Shown: piece by piece, positions 27,188-46,440 of the stretch
Layout: each line of letters starts with the position of its first letter
Numbering within the stretch: the stretch's first letter is position 1
From: the human T2T-CHM13v2.0 reference genome, Homo sapiens
Assembly (NCBI RefSeq): GCF_009914755.1
Contig: NC_060931.1
Strand: one strand, 5' to 3'
Length of the DNA: 64,000 nucleotides
Notes under the pieces: model-generated
The model's database searches: none
Told to the model about the DNA's origin: nothing
What the model saw: the letters and a program-made list of their open reading frames with translations, nothing else
Translations under genes and position numbers: made by a program

Positions 27188-30100
27188 TTAAAAAGGAATA
27201 ACTCTGCAACGCCACATCAAATACAGAAATGACTCTCCCTACATACATTTATTTGGGTAACCATACGCTGAAAAGAAGCATACTACCTAAACATATGAAG
27301 AATTATTGGATACAGGGCCTTAGCATTGCTAATCGGAGGCCTGAAGCATCATCACGGTCTTTCAGTTAGTAAGGGGAATGTAGTTATGACCTTCTTTCCT
27401 AGATATTTATTTGGAATAGACATACTTAGTAGCTCTCAGAACCCCTACATTGGTTCCTTGCCTATGCATTAAGATTCATTATAATTAGGAAAGCCAAATG
27501 AAAGCCACTGAAACTGTCTCTGCTCCTCCAATCTAAGAGAGTAAATTAAAAACTGTATCTCAGGGAAATGGCAGAGATTAGAGTCACTCCTAAAGACTGT
27601 ACGAGGTGGTAGTACATTTGATAGCCCCATAAAATTCACTGGACTTCCCTTGTAAACTTAAAAAAAAAAAATCCCTCCTCCAGATGGATGCTGGAGATGA
27701 CAGTGGATACTGCAAACTTCACTAAGTGGTACCTCCACTGTAGCTTCCCTGCCAGCTGCGATGCCTTAGCTTAAACAGATTAACACAGACTCAATTACAA
27801 AGTAGTCTTTATGATTTAAAAATTATAATATACAAAATCATTTTTCCAGCCCTATTATAAAATATGTCCAGAAGCAGTTGAAATTCAACTGGATAAGACA
27901 ATTGTACTACTTCTGATCTTGGTCTTTTGTCGTAATATAGTCCAAAGAGACTTAGGCGTCTTGGTCATTCTATTGTCTCAATATATCAATCATAAAATTT
28001 TAATAAGACTGAGCAAGGAGGTGCAAGTATATTACAGGCCTTGGTTGAAAAAAATGCATGTGATTTTATAGGGTGGAACTTAAACCCAGTGAAGATTTGG
28101 AATCCTCAGCATGTTAAGTGAAGTTTTGGGGAACTAGTAGTCCAGAACATGCCTTCCACATTAAATAAATTTGTTGAATTTTTATCCCTTCCATCATTAA
28201 GAGGGAAGTGTTTTCCTGGTTGGCCTCTGAGTTTCTGGAGACAGTATTTTCTAAGCTTGGGAATACTGCTCCAATTTGTTCAATAATAAACATGAAAACT
28301 GCCAGCTTTGTGTAGGACCCAGGCAGGTTCAGGTTCTGGTACAAGTGGCCCAGAATCTTGTGTCACATATCTCAGCAGATTCTCAGATGTTAGAGAATCA
28401 TACAGTGTGGACTCTATGTCAAACCTCAGTAGGAAAATCACAACATAGATCCTTACAATTCTGGAGCAAAGTGAGTCCATCTGCCATAGAAAATTATAAA
28501 CCATTCTCAGAACAGGTCCTAGCATTCTGCTGGAGTCTGGCAAAGATAAAGCTGTTGGCTGTAGGACAGTAAATGACCATGCTGCCCAGAATTACCCATC
28601 CATCTTGAGCTGGGTTAGCCAGATCCACCAAATCATGATTGCAAGGCCAGCAGCCACTCTTTGTAAGATGAATGTGTTCATCTAGGACTGGGAAAAACCA
28701 GGGACAGAGGCACAAGATAATGGCGTAAGCATGTTGCCCAGATCCCCATGTCATTTACCACTGTTGCACTGACATCTCTCTTTCCCATCTCACCTATGGC
28801 CACATGAGGTGGAGTAAAGTCTCAAATCACCAGGTGACAAAAGAGGAAAAAGAACAAGCTTTGTGCATAGATAGGTTTTCTCAGTACAAGAATGCAGGCT
28901 AAAAATAGTCTGCTGTTATATTCTAGCCCCATCGAAAGACAGAAGTAAGGAGGAGTCTCTGAATAGGCAAAGCTTCAGGTGGTATGCTTAGTCAGCACTT
29001 TGTATGGAATGATAAATGGCCCAAGGAAAAACATATAAAAATACATACAGTGACAACTGGCTTGGCTAATTGGTCTCAGGCCTGGAAAGAGAAAAATTTG
29101 AAGATAAATGATAAGGAGGTCCAGGGAAGAGGCATGTTGCAGACATTGAAGTTGGCACAAAGGGCGAGGTTCTTTGTTTTGCTTATTTACTCTCACCAGA
29201 GTATCTGCTACAGAAGGGGCACTAAACAACTAGGAAGGCAGAATTACCTGACTAGTAATCTGACATGATCAGCCAGTCTCTGTCACTGTCTAACCTAGAC
29301 ATAATAAATTAACAAAGAACCATGGTGGTAAGGATGAAAGATACTCATGGTGACAGCTGCATGACTGCCCACTCCATAAAGCTGATTCCATTACTCCTGT
29401 TGCTAAACATATAAGTTGCTTGCCACAGAGACCAACACTAAATCTGGATATGGTGTCTACCAAAAAAATAAAAATAAAAAAATAAAATAAAATAAAAAGC
29501 CATTTGGTGGCACATTGATTACATTAGACTCCTTTTACCCTGAAAAAGGCAATAGTTAATTTTGAATGGAAATGATATATATCTTAAACATAAGTTTGCC
29601 TTTTGAGCTTAGAAAACATTTGATCCACTGACATAGACTGAATATAATCATTGAATTCTTGAACTAAGGAACCACTTTATAGCAAAGAGGGTACAATAGG
29701 AGGCACATCACCATTGAATCACCTGGTTTTATCAGATACCACACTTCCCAGAAACTCTTGACATGTTGTGTCCTCACATGTATATATACAGGAACCTCTG
29801 GTGGGAGGAGTGACAGAATTACGTATAAAGTTATGAGTTGCTTACATTATTATTTTAAGAAATAAGATCTACATTTACCATATTGAAACACCTAGAAAGA
29901 GTGAGAATTTCAACCTTGATCTCTTTGATTTGCCATTTTCTTTTCATTATGAATCACTGTCTTTCCATATTTGCCCCTATGTAAAAAACTGCGTAAACAG
30001 GAAGAGCAGCAGAAATAGTGTCTCAGGAATAAATGAACAAAATTGCAGGTTAGTGCCGTGTTTATATGCAATGATTTTTCACATTTGTTTTAATATTGAC

Positions 30101-30378
30101 AAATTAGAATCAATCTAAATATTCATCAATATGGAATTGGCTATATAAAATATGGCATCTACACGTGATCAGTAAACATGTAACCATTTAAAATCTGATT
30201 TTTAAAATTTTTTAAATTTTTTTATTTTTACTTTTATTTTTAATTTTATTATTATTATACTTTAAGTTTTAGGGTACATATGCACAAAGTGCAGGTTTGC
30301 TACATATGTATACATGTGCCATGTTGGTGTGCTGCACCCATTAACTCATTTAACATTAGGTATATCTCCTAATGCTAT

Positions 30379-30399
30379 CCCTCCCCCTCCCCCCACCCC
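30379..30399 (-). other. G-quadruplex motif in L1 3'UTR
   Basis: Minus strand reads GGGG-T-GGGGGG-A-GGGGG-A-GGG. Confidence 0.7.
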
Positions 30400-30454
30400 A
30401 CAACAGTCCCCAGAGTGTGATGTTCCCCTTCCTGTGTCCATGTGATCTCATTGT

Positions 30455-34281
<3,827 letters not shown>

Positions 34282-34344
34282 TATGATGTCAGCTGGCTAT
34301 TTTGCTCGTTAGTTGATGCAGTTTCTTCCTAGCCTTGATGGTCT

Positions 34345-35362
34345 TTACAATTTGGCATGTTTTTGCAGTGGCTGGTACCAGTTGTTCCTTTCCATGTTTA
34401 GTGCTTCCTTCAGGAGCTCTTGTAGGGCAGGCCTGGTGGTGACAAAATCTCTCAGCATTTGCTTGTCTGTAAAGGATTTTATTTCTCCTTCACTTATGAA
34501 GCTTAGTTTGGCTGGATATGAAATTCTGGGTTGAAAATACTTTTCTTTAAGAATGTTGAATATTGGCCCCCATTCTCTTCTGGTTTGTAGAGTTTCTGCT
34601 GAGAGATCAGCTATTAGTCTGATGGGCTTCCCTTTGTGGGTAACCCGACCTTTCTCTCTGGCTGCCCTTAACATTTTTTCCTTCATTTCAACTTTGGTGA
34701 ATCTGACAATTATGTGTCTTGGAGTTGCTCTTCTCGAGGAGTATCTTTGTGGCATTCTCTGTATTTCCTGAATTTGAATGTTGGCCTGCCTTGCTAGACT
34801 GGGGAAGTTCTCCTGGATAATATCCTGCAGGGTGTTTTCCAACTTGGTTCCAATCTCCCCGTCACTTTCAGGTACACCAATCAGACGTAGATTTGGTCTT
34901 TTCACATAGTCCCATATTTCTTGGAGGCTTTGTTCATTTCTTTTTATTCTTTTTTCTCTAAACTTCTCTTCTCACTTCATTTCATTCATTTCGCCTTCCA
35001 TCACTGATACCCTTTCTTTCAGTTGATCGCGTCGACTACTGAGGCTTCTGCATCCGTCACATATTTCTCGTGCCTTGGTTTTCAGCTCCATCAGGTACTT
35101 TAAGGACTTCTCTGCATTGGTTATTCTAGTTATCCATTTGTCTAATTTTTTTTTCAAAGCTTTTAACTTCTTTGCCATTGGTTCGAACTTCCTCATGTAG
35201 CTCAGAGTCGTTTGATCGTCTGAAGCCTTCTTCTCTCAACTCATCAAAGTCATTCTCCGTCCAGCTTTGTTCCGTTGCTGGTCAGGAGCTGCGTTCCTTT
35301 GGAGGAGGAGAGGTGCTCTGATTTTTAGAGTTTCCAGTTTTTCTGCTCTGTTTTTTCCCCAT
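34345..35362 (-). pseudogene. L1 ORF1, frameshifted
   Basis: ATG at 35362 (MGKKQSRK). Frame break near the T-run at ~35146-35154. The C-terminal 186 aa are open. Confidence 0.92.
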
Positions 35363-36392
35363 CTTTGTGATTTTATCTACCTTTGGTCTTTGACGATGGT
35401 GATGTACAGATGGATTTTTGGTGTGGATGTCCTTCCTGTTTGTTAGTTTTCCTTCTAACAGACAGGACTCTCAGCTGCAGGTCTGTTGGAGTTTGCTAGC
35501 GGTCCACTCTAGACCCTGTTTGCCTGGGTATCAGCAGCAGTGGCTGCAGAACAGCAGATATTGGTGAACCGCAAATGCTGCTGCCTGATTGTTCCTCTGG
35601 AAGTTTTGTCTCAGAGGAGTACCCGGCCGTGTGAGGTGTCAATCCGCCCCTACTGGGGGGTGCCTCCCAGTTCGGCTACTCGGGGGTCAGGGACCCACTT
35701 GAGGAGGCAGTCTACCCATTCTCAGATCTCAAGCTGTGTGCTGGGAGAACCACTACTCTCTTCAAAGCTGTCAGACAGGGACATTTAAGTCTGCAGAGGT
35801 TACTACTGTCTTTTTATTTGTCTGTGCCCTGCCCCCAGACGTGGAGCCTACAGAGGCAGGCAGGCCTCCTTGAGCTGTGGTGGGCTCCACCCAGTTCAAG
35901 CTTCCGGGCTGCTTTGTTTACCTACTCAAGCCTGGGCAATGGCGGGCGCCCCTCCCCCAGCCTCGCTGCTGCCTTGCAGTTTGATCTCAGACTGCTGTGC
36001 TAGCAATGAGCGAGACTCCGTGGGCATAGGACCCTCTGAGCCACGTGTGGGATATAATCTCCTGGTGTGCCATTTTTTAAGCCCATTGGGAAAGCACAGT
36101 ATTAGGGTGGGAGTGACCTGATTTTCCAGGTGCCATCTGTCACCCCTTTCTTTGACTAGGAAAGGGAATTCCCTGACCCCTTGTGCTTCCCAGGTGAGGT
36201 GATGCCTTGCCCTGCTTCGGCTTGTGCATGGTGCGCTGTACCCACTGTCCTGCACCCACTGTCTGGCACACCCCAGTGAGATGAACCCAGTACCTCAGTT
36301 GGAAATGCAGAAATCACCCATCTTCTGCCTCGCTCACACTGGGAGCTGTAGACTGGAGCTGTTCCTATTCGGCCATCTTGGCTCCTGGAGTC
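35363..36392 (-). promoter_or_regulatory. L1 5'UTR internal (sense and antisense) promoter with YY1 site
   Basis: YY1 motif caagatggcc (minus strand, ~36371-36380) is intact. Many CpGs are decayed. Confidence 0.75.
35939..36121 (+). CDS. ORF0: L1 antisense ORF0, truncated to 60 aa
   Basis: MAGAPPPASLLPCSLISDCCASNERDSVGIGPSEP...IRVGVT* matches ORF0. Premature TGA at a likely CGA codon. Expression unknown. Confidence 0.75.
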   Translation: MAGAPPPASLLPCSLISDCCASNERDSVGIGPSEPRVGYNLLVCHFLSPLGKHSIRVGVT

Positions 36393-37236
36393 TAAAATCT
36401 GATTTTTTGTTGATTGACTTAGGTACAATTAGCAAGCAGTGGAGCCTAAGATACAAAACAGGTCACTCTCCCATCTCCTATGCTTTACATGCCATTCCAA
36501 ATTAAGTATTTCATTTTATTTTTATGCATTAATATTGTATGTTGAAAAATGTAATCAAGTTCTGATTAGTAGTCACTGTACCTGGATACAATTCTCAAAT
36601 AAGTTTTATCTCTTCTATTATTAAAAACTAATAAATTGTTCATCTTGTTTTTCTAAATATATCATAACATGGAATAATTCTCATTATATAACATTATGTT
36701 AAAAATCAGAATGAACATAAAATGTATAGCATGGCCTAACTGATAAACACCTATAGACTGGAGAGGGAAACTGGAGGCTTTGCCCCCAACATAACTCTTT
36801 CTCTTTCTATTTTTTTCCCATAAAAATTGAAAGTTAAATTTGGGTTCTTTTATTTTGAACACTTAAAAACAATTACACTTTAATAATATATCTACTATAA
36901 CAGTAGTAAAATAAAATCATATATCCAAAAAAACTAATGTAGCATCATGATAAAATCTAATTTTGAAATTATCATTAAAGAATTTTAACTTTCTAATATA
37001 TTTCAGTAATTTTCAACAATTACCACTTTAAAGGAGGTACTGTTTAAAATTTTGGGGGGCTATTGAAAGAGATGAATATTTGTCACTGTGCTTCTCATTT
37101 AACAAGGAATTAAAGCTTCAATATGATTACTACAGGAAGTAAATATTTAAATTGGGCAATTTATTATTTAGAAAACCACTGTAGTTTAAACCTTTAAGTT
37201 TTCTATCCAAGTGATGTAGCTACACTGAAGACCAAG

Positions 37237-37356
37237 GATATGTGAAGATTATATGCAAATACTATGCCATTTTATGTAGGGGACTTGAGCATCCTTGGAT
37301 TTTGGCATCTGCAGGCATGCTGGATCCAATTCTCCATGGATACTGAGGGACAACTG
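37237..37356 (-). mobile_element. MER2 (TcMar-Tigger) terminal fragment
   Basis: ttatatgcaaatactatgccatttt...ggatactgagggacaactg. Confidence 0.8.

Positions 37357-37360
<4 letters not shown>

Positions 37361-37402
<42 letters not shown>
37361..37402. repeat. (CA)21 microsatellite
   Basis: Direct observation. Confidence 0.97.
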
Positions 37403-37404
<2 letters not shown>

Positions 37405-37510
37405 TATTCAGCCTTAAAAAGATGATCCTACCATTTGCCACAATATAGATGGACCTGGAGGACACTCTACATGCAATAAGCCAGACGCAGAAGGAAAAAT
37501 ATAGCTTGTA
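37403..37510 (+). mobile_element. L1M ORF2-end fragment
   Basis: tattcagccttaaaaag...gatggacctggaggac...aataagccagacgcagaagg. Confidence 0.7.
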
Positions 37511-38559
37511 TGTGAAACACAGAGAAAAAAACAGAGCATGTTCTGATTTACCTGCTCTTCTGCTCTGCTCTTGGTGTCTGGCAGGGGAAGTCACCCAGCT
37601 GCAATAAGTTGAGAGTGAACTAGGAACCTGACTGCTTGTGAAACAGCCTTAAAATAATTCTCCTGATTTCAAATCTCTCTCATTTTCAGAAAAACCTGTA
37701 AGTGACAAGAGTTTTGGGGATTATGTGATATAAACTTGATTGTTTCTTGGTATTCCCTATTGCTGGTTTAAATTTTACTTTTAACAGGAATGCTAGTTAA
37801 CTTAACACTTGTATTTCTGCAATTCAGTTTCGAAAATTGTGTTGGCAAGGTTTCCTTTCCTTTTTTTCTGATCTTGTGAATCTATATCTTAGTAAATGTA
37901 TCCTTTTATTGTTTTAGTGGGTTTTCTGGAGAAATCAAATGTGTATGTATGTATATGAATGATCAGCTGCTATATCAAAATAAGCATGTCCATATATAAA
38001 CTTGTCTTTCTTCCCAGGGTATGTATCTTTTCCTGTTCCTTAATGGTCTATCACTCTTCTGATTGCTGAGGTTAGACACTAGTCCATTTCCTGTCTCCTA
38101 CATTATTTTGCCTTATCCAACCTGCCAATCAATTTCACCATTTCTTCCTTTAAATAATGTCTCAGGATTTCCACTTTCTCTGCTTACTTGGTGTCTCTAT
38201 TCTGGTTCATCCGCATGCCATTTAAATTCCAGCTCAGTAGACATGAAGCCATTTCAATAAATTTGTGTTAGATTATCCAAATGATACATTCCATGCACTC
38301 AATGATCCATTCAGAAATGAGTGTTGGAACTGTTTCAACCTCAAATTAAGGTAAAATCTGCTTTTATTGATTTAATCTACACAAGTCTCACGATTTATTG
38401 ATAATCTTAAAAGGAAGGAGAAGAAACAAGAACCAAGTAAACAGTCAGTACTTTATTATTACATTATCAGTTTAATTCAATGGTTTTTGAAAAGCACTTT
38501 TCCCAAATTTTTAAGTTCATTTATCTATTGAGATCAAAACATATTAATATTTATTTAAC

Positions 38560-38930
38560 ATTGCTTAATTCATTCAATGCATGCATATTCTGTAACTATT
38601 ATGTATCAGTTATTTTGCTTGGGTTCAGTTGTGTTTGGATGAGGATGCAAATTTAAATATGAAAATTTGCGAGTGACCTCCCAATGTTCAAGCCTAGCAG
38701 GAGTGGTAAGCTTTTATAAACAGGACACAATATGGTATGCTAAGTGCTACAATGGAGGTGGGAACAAGGCAGATGGGGTATAGAAAGAACATAATTTTAA
38801 GCTCCATCCACCTCAGCTCTGGGGTAAAGGAAGGGTTCTGAGAGGTTAAAGCAGTTGAAATTATTACAGATATTATTGGAGAGGGCATTCTAAGCAAAGC
38901 CATCAAATAGCAAGGCAGGATGATGTGTTC
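38560..38930 (-). mobile_element. L2 relic
   Basis: aattcattcaatg tail followed by typical antisense L2 motifs (gagggcattctaagca). Confidence 0.5.
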
Positions 38931-39619
38931 CAGTAACTCTGTTTTGAATTATCATATACAATTCACCTTTGTATTTCTGTCACCTGGAATAGATCACAGC
39001 TTATGCTATATACTCAAAATTTTATGAAATGAAATTTCTTACGTTTCATTAATTGAAATTAATGTACCGTACTTGTTGATTTCTTAAATATAACACAACA
39101 AAAGAGCAAACACTACAAGATAACATCCTTGGTCATCTGGTAGGTATAATTTATCTTTGTTCTGGGAACTGTAGTCAATATTCTGCAGTTCCTGCCCTCA
39201 GAATGATGAACAGCACTGTTGGAGAAGACTGAGACTTGTGCAAATAGCACATAATAGAACAATCTGTCCAGTATGTGTGCAAAGTAGGAGGTTTTGAGTA
39301 ACTGCTGTGGAGCAGAAATCAGGAAACAGTTTTATTCCCAAACTTCTCTCTAATTAGCTGTGTTAACTTTTTAGAATCAATTATTGTTTGTGTCCCATGT
39401 TCTTAATTTTAAAGAGTGACTTGCACTAGGTAACAACTAAGTTTCTTTTCAGCTTCTAAGTTATACATATATGTCATTAAAATGATGAATAACAATGTTT
39501 CCTTGCCTCTATTCTTTCATAATTGTGTCTGGCGAGGACTGACTTTTGCTTCTAAGGTCAGCACAGAAAACAACTTTCTCTCCTAAACTCCCATGGAACT
39601 GTTTTGCTAGCTGTGTTAT

Positions 39620-39880
39620 TGTTTAGTGCAGAATAAGATTTAGGGTATAGGTTCTGGCCTGGCACCATTTTATTTTATGGCTTTGCCACTAATTTCTGGT
39701 TGTATAATCTTGGAAATGTATTTTAATCTATCTGTTTAATTATTTCTTCATCTATTTAATGGGAATTCTACCAATACCTACTTCATAAAGTTATTGCTGA
39801 AATGAGTTAATGCTCACTCTCAAAGTGTTTAGAAGAGGACTCAGCAAAAATACATATTCAAAAGATAATTAATAAGTCAT
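39620..39880 (+). mobile_element. MIR
   Basis: atttcttcatctatttaatggg...cctacttcataaagttattg...aagtgtttagaa. Confidence 0.6.
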
Positions 39881-40185
39881 GATTATTTAAGATGTTTACA
39901 GTCCCATACCTTGCAAAAAGAATTAGTAGGATACAAGGTCAATAAAGAGCTGAGCCCTTTTGTAGGTGTAAATTGCCCAGAAGTGAAGTCTTACCTTCTT
40001 TTTCTCTGTAGCCCAAGTGTTTATTCTACTTAAATATTTGATGGGAGAGTGTAAAATTTTATTCCCCAAAAATACCTGAATGGAGCAATTATTCCTTTGT
40101 GTCCATTATAGTATTTAATAAAATGCCCTCATCTGATCCTTCATCCATATAAGGAAGAAAAGCTGGGAACTAAGGTTAAATAAGC

Positions 40186-40454
40186 AAGACCAGCTACATA
40201 ATTGATGGGCCCCAGTGCAAAATGAAAATATGGGGCTCTTATTCAGAAAAACAGAAAAAGGCACTAAAGTATAAAACATTTTTATTTCTCCTGTGCATAT
40301 CTTCTGGTCATTCACATGAACCATTTACCCATCATATTTCACTTACAAAACATCAAATCACAATGTAATAATTAAGGATTTAAAGACAGTTACTGCAGAG
40401 CATTAAACCAGAATGATACAATTTGCACAGGTCACATTCCCATAAAGATAACTG
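40186..40454 (+). mobile_element. MER45-type hAT element
   Basis: cagctacataatt..gggcccagtgcaaaatgaaaat start and gcacaggtcaca..cccataaag end. Confidence 0.7.
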
Positions 40455-40679
40455 TAATCCAGAAGCATGAGGGAGATGGAGAAACATAAGCATTTATGTA
40501 ACATAAGCATTTAATGGTAGTGCAAAAAAACGCAAAACCATAAAAATCCCACCACATCTCTAAAACTAATACTTCAATGTTATCAGACACCTGTGTTTCT
40601 CAATGGTAACTTCAAGGGGGAATATATATATATATAAAATTGAACCTGATATCCAGCATGTGAGTTTATCATATAATGC

Positions 40680-41031
40680 CTCCTCTCTACTGACCAGTGT
40701 TTCCCCAGAATATTCAGGGTAAAAGTCTAAGTATTTGTATGGCCACAACACCCTGTTAATCTGAACCTGTCTCTCTTACCAATTTGTCTTTATCCCATAT
40801 CATTCTGTTCCTTTCTTACTCATTTCCAAGCATGCTGGTCTCCCTGTTCTTGCTTAAAAATGCTAATGAGGCCCTTTTCTCTTGGCTTTAGAATTTTCTC
40901 TTATCTTCCTGGAACACTCTGTTTCCAAATATTCACATTTACTTTTCTCTTACTTCTTTAAGTTCTCTGCTTGAAGGGCACATTACTGGAGGGGTCCACC
41001 CTGACCTCCCTAGCTAAAAATCACTCTCTCT

Positions 41032-41071
<40 letters not shown>

Positions 41072-41300
41072 TGTATCTGTGGGTCTGTCTCCACTTTCTC
41101 CATTCTTTCTTCATTGTCTTCATAGAATTTATCCATACTTTTTGTATTTATATTTATGTATTTATTTACCTGTTTATTTTCTCATCACAGAAGACTATGT
41201 ATTCCATGAAGTCAGCAACTTTATTTTGTTCACTGCTGCACCTTCACTGCATAGAATGCTCTCTGTCATGTAGCCGATGCTCAATAATATTTGAGAGAGT
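40680..41300 (+). mobile_element. L2 3' end
   Basis: ttccatgaagtcagcaactttattttgttcactgctg...gatgctcaataatatttg terminus. Confidence 0.7.
41024..41070. repeat. (TC)n(GT)18 compound microsatellite
   Basis: Direct observation. Confidence 0.95.
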
Positions 41301-41769
41301 ATATCAAAAGTCTGAAGCAATATAGTCTTGAGGTCATTTAAGTGTCAGGCTCTGTGTTAGACCTTTCTGGAAGCCACCCCCTTTAGCCCATTTAACAGTC
41401 ACGGAAATGTGGAAATGGCAGGGACTAGATAACTTGCTCAAGGTTGCTACCACTGCTCTTCAATGGAAACATTTTAGTAGAACATTAAACCACAGAACAA
41501 GAAGAAAACACTCTACTAAATAGTGGGAAAAAATCTAAATCATATGTTTATATAATACTAAGGCTGAGATATTTTACATGTTATGGAAATGACTTAAAAT
41601 TCCCTTTGTTCTGTAAATGTCAGTGAATTCACTAAAAGGCAAAAAAATGATAAGTGATCTCTGGTACTAAAGCCCCAGATTTTTCTTCTCCAATTTATCC
41701 TGTCTTCAGACTAATGTTCATAAAACAAATCTGTTATCATACCTTGTCCCTGCTTTTGAACTTTTTATT

Positions 41770-41904
41770 TTTTAATTTAAAACAAAATGAGATGGTGTCT
41801 CACTATGTTGCCCAGGCTGGCCTCAAACTCCTGAGCTCAAGAAATACTCCCCCATTGGCCTCCCAAAGTGCTGATATTACAGGTGTGAGCTGCCGTGCCC
41901 AGCT
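41770..41904 (-). mobile_element. FLAM (free left Alu monomer)
   Basis: Single monomer with 16-bp TSD ttttgaactttttatt (41754-41769, 41905-41920). Confidence 0.9.
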
Positions 41905-42160
41905 TTTTGAACTTTTTATTAACAATTACATCAAGGCCAGAAGTCCTTGCCTGACTTTCAAGATATTTCATAAATTCAATCCCATTTTTCTTAGTATTTT
42001 CAAGAAAGATAAATCACGCTTTAGTCAGATCAGTGGCCTCAATGTTTCCATCATCTCCTACTGCTCCAAAAGAGATACACACACTATATACATTCTCATG
42101 ATACAACTTTTAATCTTTTCCACTTAAAAAAACAAAAACAAAAAATTCACACTTTAGTGC

Positions 42161-42761
42161 TGTGGTAGGTAGAATTCTAAGATGGCCTTGAAATTTCTCC
42201 ATTCTGGGGTGAACATAATCCACAGAACCGTGTACATGATGGATTATAGTCCATCATTGTATTATGCGGCACAGTGGACTTTAAGAAAGTTAGTTTACCC
42301 AGGTGGGTCTAACTTATTCAAGAAAGCTCTTTAAAGCAGAGAGTTTTATCTAACTGGTCACAGAAATATAATTCACAAAAAGCATGAAAAATATGAGAGA
42401 GACTTCATGCCCTACTGCTTGTTCCAAGATGGAGAGGACTGCACGACAAGGAAAATAATTGGCTTATAAGAATCGAGACAGCACTGGCTCACAATCAGTA
42501 ATATGGGTTTATCAGCCTTATATATGTCAAGGAACTGCATTCTACCAACAGGAATGAGGTTAGAAGTAGATTTTTCCCAGAGCCTCCAGGCAAGAATGTA
42601 GCCTAGCCAATGACTTGATTTCAGCTTTGTGATACCCTGAGCAGAAAACATGATCACACTGTGCTGACCTTCTGACCAGCAGACTATGGTATAATAAATA
42701 AATATTATGTTAAGTGCTAAATTAGTGGCAATTTGTTATTCAGGAATAAAAAATTAATACA
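42161..42761 (+). mobile_element. MLT1E-type MaLR solo LTR
   Basis: tgtggtaggtagaattctaagatggcc start and aattaataca end, flanked by gtgc. Confidence 0.85.
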
Positions 42762-42799
42762 GTGCCTAATTGCTTCCACTTTACCACCAACATTTCATA

Positions 42800-46440
<3,641 letters not shown>

